Assembly (NCBI GenBank): GCA_048941265.1
Contig: JBHLNT010000091.1
Span: 1-16,034 of the forward strand
Direction: 5' to 3'
Source: Promethearchaeota archaeon
Lineage (GTDB): Archaea; Asgardarchaeota; Lokiarchaeia; Sigyniarchaeales; SOKP01
DNA: 16,034 nucleotides
Below are positions 7,230 through 15,442 of this stretch, piece by piece. Position numbers and translations under genes: made by a program. Each line of letters starts with the position of its first letter. Position 1 is the first letter of the stretch. The notes under the pieces are model-generated. The model was not told the DNA's origin and did not search any database. It saw nothing but the letters and a program-made list of their open reading frames with translations.

Positions 7230-9482
7230 ATGGTAAAAGTTAAAAACCCGGAAGAAATCGCTAAACTGGTGACTTCTGGTTCATATGAAAAGAAGCGTAT
7301 ATTTTCTATTACCGCACATATTGATCACGGCAAAACTACGGCAACAGACTATCTTTTACGTAGAGCAGGGCTTATGCGACCTGAAGATGCTGGTCAACTA
7401 CAAATGACAGACTCAGATGACGAGGAGCAAGAAAGAGGCATCACAATTTTTACTTCTGTTGTTTTATTAGCTTTTAACGATCCAAGAAAGCCTGACGATA
7501 ATGAACCCTATATATTTCAACTTAATGATACTCCCGGCCATATCTCGTTCACTGGAGAGGTTTCTCGAGCTTTACGAGGTTCAGATGGAGCTATTATTTT
7601 AGTTGATGCATTAGAGGGCATTATGACACAGACCGAGACAAATATTCGGCTTGCTGTTGGCGAGGAATACTGTAAACCAGTGCTATTTATCAATAAAGTG
7701 GATAGATTAATTAGCGAACTTAAATTGAGTCCTAAAGATACATATGCCAAAATTGACGATATCACAAATCAAGTAAATGAATTAATTAAAAAAGTGAGAC
7801 CAGAGGGTACTGATTGGGGAGTTGATTTTGCTAAGAATAGTGTAGCTGTTGGATCTGCCAAACATGGTTGGGGTTTTACCTACGAAATTTTAAAAGAAAA
7901 AGGATTTACCCCTATAACAGTATTTGAAAAATATAATGAAGGCGATATTCCATGGCTACGCGATAATTTACCGCTTGACGAGTCGATGTTAAGAATGGTC
8001 GTCGATCATTTACCTAATCCTGTTGAAGCATCGAAATATAGAATTCCACATCTCTGGGGAGGGGATACTAATTCAGAATTAGGTCAAGCACTCACTAAAA
8101 GTGATCCCAATGGACCTCTTTATGGTATGATAACGAAATTATTTTTAGATCCGAAAAGAAATTATCAAGCCACACTTATTGGTAGAGTATTCTCTGGCAC
8201 TTTTGATCAGACTGATTCAATTTATTTACTCGGAAGCCGTACTTCTAGTCGAATTAAAAGACTAGGTGTTATGGAAATTACAGATATACTAGACATTCCC
8301 AAAATTCCAGCGGGAAATCTTTTTGCCCTTTATGGATTTATATGTCCTTCTGGAGAAACCTTTATTCATGCCCAAGATCTTCCAAAAGATAAAGATGAGA
8401 TAATAAATATACCATCATTCGAAAAGATCCATTATGCTTGCAAGGCTGTCGTCTCAAGAAGTATAAAGCCAAAAGATCCTCATGATCTTGCCAAATTAGG
8501 AGAAGTAGTTGGAAAATGGTTGCAAGCTGACCCGACTGCCGAATTTCGCCTTAATAAAGAATCAATGGAGTATATCTTGAGTGGAATTGATCCCTTACAG
8601 ATTGAAATCCTGACTAAAAGAATAAATAATCAAGTAAAAATTGAAATTGGAGAACCTATCATCGTATATAGAGAAAAAATCACAAAGAAAAGTAAAGAAT
8701 ATCATACAAAATCTACAAATACGCATAATCGTTTGTTATTATATGTAGAACCATTAGATGAAAAGACCGAAGAATTACTAGATGAGGGCAGGATCACTGA
8801 TTTACAAAACGAAAAAGAGCGTGCTCAGATTTTAAGGGAAGAAGCAGGATGGGATACTAAAGAAGCAAGACGAATTGTCGATGTTTATAAGGGCAACCTT
8901 TTGGTTAATGGAGCAACAGGTCTCCAACGCTTTGATCGAATAAGAAATGACCTAATAAGTTCATTTAGGAATTGGATTGAAGAGTGTATATTAGCTAAAG
9001 AGCCTGCTCTTGGAATTAAGGCGGTTTTTACAGATTTAGTAATTCATGAGGATCCAAGACACACTCAATTTGCACAGACAGCATCGATGAGTTATTCGGC
9101 GCTCTCCTTAGCGATGCTTGATGCTGCGCCTCATATGTTTGAACCTATCCAGAAAATTGACGTAAAAACACCAACTGGAACAGAAGGAGGTGTTAATGCT
9201 ATAATTAATAAGCACCGAGGGCGTATTAATAACGTGATACCCGAAGGAGAGTATGTAAGAGTTCAGGGTCAGATTCCCGCAGCAGAAATAATAGGAATCG
9301 CCGATGAGATTCGAAGTTCTACTCAAGGAAGGGCATTTTTTGGATACGAATTTAAAGGTTTTGAGAAAGTCCCCCCCTCATTAGAAGAAGATGTCATATT
9401 AGAGATTCGTAAGAGAAAGGGCATGCCTGATGAATTACCTAATACTAAAAGTTGGGAGCGTTTTATCTATAAACGTACCTAA
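7230..9482 (+). CDS. Elongation factor 2 family GTPase, divergent archaeal EF-2 paralog (aEF-2p-like)
   Basis: 750 aa. G1 AHIDHGKTT, G2 ERGITI, G3 DTPGH, G4 NKVD, G5 GSA; domain IV/V motifs PIIVYRE, EPIQKIDV, IRSSTQGRA and IRKRKG. The diphthamide loop reads HEDPRHTQ instead of HEDxxHRG, and the gene is not flanked by S12/S7/EF-1A genes. Confidence 0.9.
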   Translation: MVKVKNPEEIAKLVTSGSYEKKRIFSITAHIDHGKTTATDYLLRRAGLMRPEDAGQLQMTDSDDEEQERGITIFTSVVLLAFNDPRKPDDNEPYIFQLNDTPGHISFTGEVSRALRGSDGAIILVDALEGIMTQTETNIRLAVGEEYCKPVLFINKVDRLISELKLSPKDTYAKIDDITNQVNELIKKVRPEGTDWGVDFAKNSVAVGSAKHGWGFTYEILKEKGFTPITVFEKYNEGDIPWLRDNLPLDESMLRMVVDHLPNPVEASKYRIPHLWGGDTNSELGQALTKSDPNGPLYGMITKLFLDPKRNYQATLIGRVFSGTFDQTDSIYLLGSRTSSRIKRLGVMEITDILDIPKIPAGNLFALYGFICPSGETFIHAQDLPKDKDEIINIPSFEKIHYACKAVVSRSIKPKDPHDLAKLGEVVGKWLQADPTAEFRLNKESMEYILSGIDPLQIEILTKRINNQVKIEIGEPIIVYREKITKKSKEYHTKSTNTHNRLLLYVEPLDEKTEELLDEGRITDLQNEKERAQILREEAGWDTKEARRIVDVYKGNLLVNGATGLQRFDRIRNDLISSFRNWIEECILAKEPALGIKAVFTDLVIHEDPRHTQFAQTASMSYSALSLAMLDAAPHMFEPIQKIDVKTPTGTEGGVNAIINKHRGRINNVIPEGEYVRVQGQIPAAEIIGIADEIRSSTQGRAFFGYEFKGFEKVPPSLEEDVILEIRKRKGMPDELPNTKSWERFIYKRT

Positions 9483-9596
9483 TTATAATTTTTCTAAAAA
9501 TCTTTTAAAATTTTTCATACTCAGTTTTTATTAATTTTTTATTCAAAATCAAAATGAATTGTTTTTGTAAAATCTTAATTAGGTCCAAGCCAATTC

Positions 9597-10121
9597 TTAT
9601 CTTGAAGAATTTACGATTCTCTGAATTAATTCTTTAAATGCTAAGTCAATATTAGCTTCTGAATTTGGACTAACTTCGATATAAAAACCATCTTCATTAT
9701 AAATGAAATCAAGGATATTAGCCCTATCAATTATGTTCTCAAATTCATTAGTTAATTGAATTTTATTACCTATTAAGACAAATGGAATTTCATCTCCAAT
9801 AAAATCTCTAATTTCATCAACTAATTGTTTTGCCTTACTATAACTTGCCATATCAAATGGATTAAAAACAATTATGGCACCATCTGCGTTGTTATAAAAA
9901 GTTTTTCGGATATCTTCAAAACGTGATTGCCCGGCAATATCCCAAATAGAAAGTAACACAATTTTTCCTTTCTCATACTCAAAATATTTGGTGTAAATAT
10001 CAATTCCAATAGTTAATTTAAAGTTTGTGATAAACTCGTCTTTAAGAAATCTTTGAATGATATTTGTTTTACCTACACCAGCCATACCGAGAACTATTAG
10101 TTTTAACTTAAAAATACTCAT
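9597..10121 (-). CDS. Rab-like small GTPase (Ras superfamily, Asgard type)
   Basis: 174 aa. G1 GMAGVGKT, G2/RabF1-like TIGID, G3 WDIAGQ and RabF3/4-like RFEDIRKTFYNNA. G4 (NKIQ) and G5 (SPN) are degenerate; no C-terminal Cys prenylation motif. Confidence 0.9.
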   Translation of the reverse strand: MSIFKLKLIVLGMAGVGKTNIIQRFLKDEFITNFKLTIGIDIYTKYFEYEKGKIVLLSIWDIAGQSRFEDIRKTFYNNADGAIIVFNPFDMASYSKAKQLVDEIRDFIGDEIPFVLIGNKIQLTNEFENIIDRANILDFIYNEDGFYIEVSPNSEANIDLAFKELIQRIVNSSR

Positions 10122-10291
10122 TTTTTAGGCTAATATCTTTTCATTTCTATGTCATTTTATTCGATATTAAATTGGTTTCTACCTAAATTAATTTTATTAA
10201 TACGAATCTCAATATTTAAAGAACTAGCGCAACATTATTAATATTAATAGAATCGAAAAAACTTGTAAAGAATTATAATCAAGAAGATTAA

Positions 10292-11182
10292 ATGAACGAA
10301 AATCCCGAAGAACAAGAAGAAGAAGAATTCGAAGATGATTTGCAAGCATATTTGAAGGATATGGAAAATCTTGAATCTGATTTTTCAGATTTAGATGACT
10401 TAGACATAGAAGAACTTAAGGATATGCAAGAAGCAATCGCAAAGGTTAAAGAACAGGAAAAAGAATCTAAAGATCAAAAAATTATTGAAGAAATACCATC
10501 TCCTAACCTTGCCAGTACTGAAATTGAAACAGATATCACTGAGGAAACGGAATATTTTGAACATAAGGAAGTGATGATTACTGATTTTTCAGATATGGAA
10601 CAAATTGATTTTGATGAATTAAGAGATATGAAAGAAGCTATTGAAACGGTAAAACAAGAAGAATTATTGACTCCCTCTGAAATAACAAATGAAATTGAAA
10701 AATCCCAGGGTATATCCCTAGAATTAGAAGAAAGAATAAAAGAAGAATTAATTAAGAAAAAAGAGAAAGAAGAAGTAGAAATCATAACCCCGGAAAAGTT
10801 TTTAGAATACATTAAAGCTAAGCGTGATAAAATATGGTACCATGCCCTTTATTACCTAGTTTTTAACGTCGAGGATCATATTGCTACTAAAGCATTGTTA
10901 TATGATATATTAAAAGAAGTCACAAGTAAGAATGCAATTGATCCAATCCCCGAACATCAATTTTATTTCGGATTGGGGTATATTCTTAGATTAACTTTAA
11001 ATGATAAGAAAGTCATCCGTTACATGAGTGGTGGGAAATTTAAAGTTAATGTAAATGTAAAAAACCTAAAAGAAATTCTGGAGCAAGCTGGAGAACCCAT
11101 AAGCACTAGACCAATAATCGAGGAAGACGAAAAGAAGAAAATGTTCTCTGATTTTCTTAAAGATGATTTTTCAGATATTTAA
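10292..11182 (+). CDS. Hypothetical protein: acidic N-terminal region with two 27-aa repeats and a globular C-terminal domain
   Basis: 296-aa ORF with an ATG start, co-oriented with engB and apgM; strongly E/D-rich first half; no family recognised. Confidence 0.8.
   Translation: MNENPEEQEEEEFEDDLQAYLKDMENLESDFSDLDDLDIEELKDMQEAIAKVKEQEKESKDQKIIEEIPSPNLASTEIETDITEETEYFEHKEVMITDFSDMEQIDFDELRDMKEAIETVKQEELLTPSEITNEIEKSQGISLELEERIKEELIKKKEKEEVEIITPEKFLEYIKAKRDKIWYHALYYLVFNVEDHIATKALLYDILKEVTSKNAIDPIPEHQFYFGLGYILRLTLNDKKVIRYMSGGKFKVNVNVKNLKEILEQAGEPISTRPIIEEDEKKKMFSDFLKDDFSDI
10379..10663 (+). repeat. Intragenic degenerate repeat pair (10379-10459 and 10583-10663)
   Basis: DFSDLDDLDIEELKDMQEAIAKVKEQE vs DFSDMEQIDFDELRDMKEAIETVKQEE, 15/27 identical by hand count. 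The nucleotide core GATTTTTCAGAT recurs at 10379, 10583 and 11165. Confidence 0.8.
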
Positions 11183-11240
11183 AAATTTATTATTTTTGTA
11201 ATAAACTTCCCTTTATTAATTAATTAACTTTTTTAGTGAA

Positions 11241-11876
11241 ATGACTGATAAACGTTCCTTATTAATTATCGGAAATTCAAATGTAGGCAAAAGTTCTATT
11301 ACAAGATTATTATTGCCAAATCCTAAACAATTTAAAGGTAAAACAGGAAAATCTCCCGGCAGTACCTTATTAATTAATCCAATTACACAAGAACATCTAC
11401 CTTATTATATTGTAGACCTCCCAGGATTCGGATATATGCGCCATTCGAGCCGGAGAAGGGAAGAACATATTAAGAGACAAATAGTTATACATATTGAGAA
11501 AAATTATAAAAAATACTTCTTTGGGTTAGTAGTAATTAATATTTTAAGAATAGATGATGAAATTAACAAATATTTTATTCAAAGTAATAAAACTATTCCA
11601 TTAAGTTTTGAATTAATCAATTTATTAAAAGAGTACAATATACCACTCTTAGTAATTTTTAATAAAATTGACAAAGTTTCAATCTTCGATAAAAATAAAA
11701 TCATAAATTTATTTATTTATTCCGCAAAAGATTTTGGCTTAAATTTAGTTCAATTAGAAAAGCATAAAATTGATAAAACTGCAGATATTCCATATTTAGA
11801 GTTTTCTGCTTTAAAAAAAATAAATGTCGGAAAATTAAAGCAAATAATTCAATATTATTTAAATAAAAAGAATTAA
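11241..11876 (+). CDS. engB: EngB/YihA/YsxC family GTP-binding protein (ribosome biogenesis GTPase)
   Basis: 211 aa. G1 GNSNVGKSS, GKSPGST, G3 VDLPGFGYM, G4 NKID and G5 FSAL. Confidence 0.88.
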   Translation: MTDKRSLLIIGNSNVGKSSITRLLLPNPKQFKGKTGKSPGSTLLINPITQEHLPYYIVDLPGFGYMRHSSRRREEHIKRQIVIHIEKNYKKYFFGLVVINILRIDDEINKYFIQSNKTIPLSFELINLLKEYNIPLLVIFNKIDKVSIFDKNKIINLFIYSAKDFGLNLVQLEKHKIDKTADIPYLEFSALKKINVGKLKQIIQYYLNKKN

Positions 11877-11896
11877 AATTTCACAATATTTAAAAT

Positions 11897-13126
11897 ATGA
11901 AATATATCATATTAATTTGCGATGGAGCTGCGGATTGGCCAATTAAAAATTTGGGAAATAAAACAATTTTCGAAATAGCTGATACTCCATCCTTGGACTG
12001 GATTGCTAGTCATGGACAGATGGGATTATTAAAAACAATTCCTAATGGAATGCATCCTGGAAGTGAGGTTGCGAACATGAGTACTATGGGATATCGACCT
12101 GAAAAAGATCTTACAGGACGTGGTCCTTTAGAGGCATTGAGTGCTGGAGTATCATTAAGTAAAACGGATATAGCATTTAGGTGTAATATCATTAACATTG
12201 AGGGAGGATTGATCAAGGATTACTCATCAGGGCATATCACGACAAAGGAATCAAAACCTTTAATTTCATATCTCCAATCCCAATTAAAGGATAATGGTGT
12301 AGACTTCTTTCCTGGAGTACAGTATCGGCATATTTTGCGACTTGACGGGAATAAATTTTCAGAAAACCTTCTTCTTACCCCACCCCACGATCAACTTGAT
12401 AAACCATATAAAAATTTCTTAGCAAAACCTAAGGACCCTAGTGAGGAAAAGGCTAAATTAACAGCAGAATATCTAAATTCTCTTATTGAAAAAAGCCATA
12501 AATTACTAATAGAACATAAAATAAACAAAAAACGCGCTAAAGATGGAAAAAGAATGGCTACTCACATTTGGCCATGGGGATGTGGAAAAAGACCGAATAT
12601 TGTACCATTTCATGAGAAATATGGCTTATACGGATCAGTAATTTCAGCTGTCGACTTAATATTTGGAATTGGAATCGCTGTAGGATTTGGAGCAATTCAT
12701 GTTAAGGGTGCTACAGGACTCCCTGATACTAATTATCATGGAAAAGTAAAAGCTGCTTTAAATTCACTAAAAAAAAAAGATTTTGTATATTTGCATATAG
12801 AAGCTATTGATGAGATGGGTCATACTGGTGATCCTGAAAAGAAAATAGCAGCTTTAATAGATTTTGATCAATATGTCGTAGGACCAATTATAAAAGCAGA
12901 AAAGATGTTTAATAATGAACTGGTAATTGCAGTTTTGCCTGACCATCCCACACCCTGTAAAATTCGCACTCATTCAAATGAACCTGTACCGTTTGCAATT
13001 TACAATCCCCTAAACATTTCAAAGGCAAAAAAGCCTCAAAAATATTCGGAAAAGGCCGGAGAAAATGGTGAATATGGATTGATTCAAAATGGAGAGGACT
13101 TTATGAGAATTTTTTTAAAATCTTAG
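11897..13126 (+). CDS. apgM: Cofactor-independent phosphoglycerate mutase family (ApgM), resembling the 'proposed homoserine kinase' subfamily
   Basis: 409 aa. MKYIILICDGAADWP, PGSEVANMS (phospho-Ser), TGRGPLEA, AFRCN, DYSSGHI, TPPHD, HIEAIDEMGH and DHPTP...RTH metal ligands. Confidence 0.88.
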   Translation: MKYIILICDGAADWPIKNLGNKTIFEIADTPSLDWIASHGQMGLLKTIPNGMHPGSEVANMSTMGYRPEKDLTGRGPLEALSAGVSLSKTDIAFRCNIINIEGGLIKDYSSGHITTKESKPLISYLQSQLKDNGVDFFPGVQYRHILRLDGNKFSENLLLTPPHDQLDKPYKNFLAKPKDPSEEKAKLTAEYLNSLIEKSHKLLIEHKINKKRAKDGKRMATHIWPWGCGKRPNIVPFHEKYGLYGSVISAVDLIFGIGIAVGFGAIHVKGATGLPDTNYHGKVKAALNSLKKKDFVYLHIEAIDEMGHTGDPEKKIAALIDFDQYVVGPIIKAEKMFNNELVIAVLPDHPTPCKIRTHSNEPVPFAIYNPLNISKAKKPQKYSEKAGENGEYGLIQNGEDFMRIFLKS

Positions 13127-13160
13127 CATTATCTTAAAAAATCAAGAGATAATTAAAAAT

Positions 13161-13772
13161 TCACTTAGAAATGCCTAAGTGATTAGATAAAGTTTTTTTA
13201 AAATTATTATAATCGTAAACAACAGGGAATTCGGGAAAGTCATCCATAATATTTTGAGGAGGTTTGAATAAAATACCGTAATCTGCTTCTTTTAACATAT
13301 CAATGTCATTATAAGAATCTCCACACGCAATAACCATACAATTCATACTTTTAAAAGCTTGTACTACTTTTTTTTTCATGTTATTAGTTGTTAGATGATA
13401 GTCTGTAATGATACCATTTTTATCAATTTCAAGATCGTGGTGAAAACACATAGGATAATCCAATTTTTTTAATAAGGGGTTAAGAAAATCTTTATAATTA
13501 TCCGTAATTACGACTATTTGAGCTACTGATCGCACCCAAGTCATAAATTCTTTTGCACCAGGCAGTAATTCCATTTTAGCTATAATTTTCTGAATAGTTC
13601 CAACTGTTATACCTTTTTTTTTAAGGATTTCTAATCTTGTTTTCATGAGTTTATCGTAATCTGGTTCATCTCTGGTTGTAATCTTAAGCTCATCGATACC
13701 GGTAGCCTCAGCTACACTTATCCATATTTCAGGTGTAAAAACTCCTTCAAGATCGAAGCAAACCACGTCCAT
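13161..13772 (-). CDS. thrH: Bifunctional phosphoserine phosphatase / phosphoserine:homoserine phosphotransferase (HAD family)
   Basis: CFDLEGVFTPEIW, TTRDEPDYDKLM, GDSYND and GILF..P...FPEFP match the ThrH signature as recalled. ATG 13772 (MDVVC) is preferred over TTG 13781. Confidence 0.92.
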   Translation of the reverse strand: MDVVCFDLEGVFTPEIWISVAEATGIDELKITTRDEPDYDKLMKTRLEILKKKGITVGTIQKIIAKMELLPGAKEFMTWVRSVAQIVVITDNYKDFLNPLLKKLDYPMCFHHDLEIDKNGIITDYHLTTNNMKKKVVQAFKSMNCMVIACGDSYNDIDMLKEADYGILFKPPQNIMDDFPEFPVVYDYNNFKKTLSNHLGISK

Positions 13773-13797
13773 GATTATCAATAGAAATATTTAATCA

Positions 13798-13821
13798 TAT
13801 CTTAATTTTTTGATTAAGATA
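13798..13821. promoter_or_regulatory. Inverted repeat TATCTTAAT-N6-ATTAAGATA between taw1 and thrH
   Basis: 9-bp perfect arms, 26 nt upstream of the thrH ATG; could be an operator or a hairpin. Confidence 0.3.
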
Positions 13822-13886
13822 GTATAAATTTCTATATGGATAAAAATTAGGTCCCTTTTTTATTTAAAAGTGTTAATATCCTCTTA

Positions 13887-15176
13887 TTATGGTTTTCTAA
13901 TTATAGGATTCTTTTCTTTCTCCCAATTTACTGCAAATAAAAAATCTCTACTTGGTTCATTTGTATATATTAATGGAAAATTTCCTAATTCTTCAAACAT
14001 GATGGCAATTTTATTCAAATATTCATAGTCTGGAAAATATTGTTGAATTGGTAAATCGCTTTTTAATCTTTCTTTAATTGAAAGTGCCTTCGCCTGCAAA
14101 GTAAATCCTTTAATTTCGAAAAAATTAGGATTAACTCTTTCTATAATTTTTACATAGTCTTTAATAAATTTCTCATTTATATTTAAATTTCTTACTGCGG
14201 TCAATCTTACTAAAGTTCTGCAGGTTAATGAATTAATCATGTCTAAGGATTCCATTATTTTTTTCCAGCCATTTTTAATCATTGGACGACAAGTTTTTTT
14301 GTATATTTCTTCATTTGGAGCTGGTAAAGTTAAGTATAATTGAGAAGGTAGAGGGTCCAGTTTATTAATTATTTCTGGTAAAGTACTATTTGTGACGATA
14401 AATGTTGTCATATGACGATTCTTAAATTCTTCTACAAGTCCCGATATTTTTGGATATAGTAATGGTTCACCATCTAAAGAAATTGCCGCATGGTTAGGGT
14501 GTAAAGCTTCACCATGGGCTTGCATTATTTCATCTGGAGTTGTTAACTCTCGTTTTATCAAATTCTCGATTTCTTCTCTTGAATCAATAGAACAGCTTAT
14601 ATCATTATCTAACCTAAAATTTTGTAAGGTATTATCCACGGGAATAATGAATTTCTGATTTTTCAATAGCGTCATAGCACGCTCTATTTTATTCTTGCTA
14701 ACATGAATATTATTAGAAATAGAATTTATACAAAATTCTCCTTTATTAATTAACATATAATAAAGAATATCAATCATTACTTCATAATTATCAAGATATC
14801 TTCTTAGTGGTAAATGATTCTTAATAATATCTTGTTGATGACGAATCATTTCTTCAACCAAATATGCAGGGTCATCAGGTTCAACTAGAAATTCACTTCC
14901 AAGCCCCCCTTTCTCAATATCTCTCCAACAAAAAACACATTGATGATTGCAAAAAGGAAGAGACGGTGAATTTTGTAAACACCGATGACTTTGTACTCCA
15001 AAAACTCCTTTATAACAATTGCGATTTTTCCTCCCTGTCATCAACTTCTGTTCTAACCAGTGGCACGGCTTAATTGCAGAATGTCTTTCCTTTCCTATAA
15101 TTCTATAAGTTGTTTTTGTATATGTCTCAACAAATTCATTTGTAATTTTGTTATCCACAATGAATCGATTCTCCAT
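13887..15176 (-). CDS. taw1: tRNA 4-demethylwyosine (imG-14) synthase Taw1/TYW1, radical SAM, with an internal insertion
   Basis: HSAIKPCHW, CYK (catalytic Lys), SHRCLQ (auxiliary-cluster Cys), CNHQCVFC (CxxxCxxC at 14951-14928), HAAISLDGEP, TTFIVTN, SQLYLTL, RTLVRLT and PNFFEIKGF. Confidence 0.92.
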   Translation of the reverse strand: MENRFIVDNKITNEFVETYTKTTYRIIGKERHSAIKPCHWLEQKLMTGRKNRNCYKGVFGVQSHRCLQNSPSLPFCNHQCVFCWRDIEKGGLGSEFLVEPDDPAYLVEEMIRHQQDIIKNHLPLRRYLDNYEVMIDILYYMLINKGEFCINSISNNIHVSKNKIERAMTLLKNQKFIIPVDNTLQNFRLDNDISCSIDSREEIENLIKRELTTPDEIMQAHGEALHPNHAAISLDGEPLLYPKISGLVEEFKNRHMTTFIVTNSTLPEIINKLDPLPSQLYLTLPAPNEEIYKKTCRPMIKNGWKKIMESLDMINSLTCRTLVRLTAVRNLNINEKFIKDYVKIIERVNPNFFEIKGFTLQAKALSIKERLKSDLPIQQYFPDYEYLNKIAIMFEELGNFPLIYTNEPSRDFLFAVNWEKEKNPIIRKP

Positions 15177-15442
15177 TAAAAAATACCACTTTAAACTCTA
15201 TTAATCTCTGTATTTTATAAGTACAAAGTATTTTATTAATTAAAAGTAAATTAATATAATCATTAAAAATTATAAGTTTCTGTTTAATTATTGCATGACT
15301 TATAAAATATAACAAAATTTCCTTAAAAATTTAAATAGGATAATCTTTGATTAAGAAAGAAATGTATAATGCACATAATTGAATTGATTATATTTTTAGA
15401 AAATTAATTTAAGTTGAAAATATTATAACTTTTTGATTTAAA

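Noticed and set aside
7230-9482. Calling this gene canonical fusA/aEF-2
   Set aside because: The HRG motif is absent, switch-region residues deviate, and there is no ribosomal-protein operon context; the symbol is withheld.
10236-10249. 14-bp perfect palindrome TATTAATATTAATA in the divergent intergenic region
   Set aside because: It contains only A and T in a very AT-rich spacer, so chance occurrence is likely; it cannot be distinguished from TATA-like promoter sequence.
14538-14819. Taw1 insertion as an intein or intron
   Set aside because: No Cys/Ser-start block with a His-Asn end followed by Cys/Ser/Thr, no LAGLIDADG motif, and the frame is continuous.
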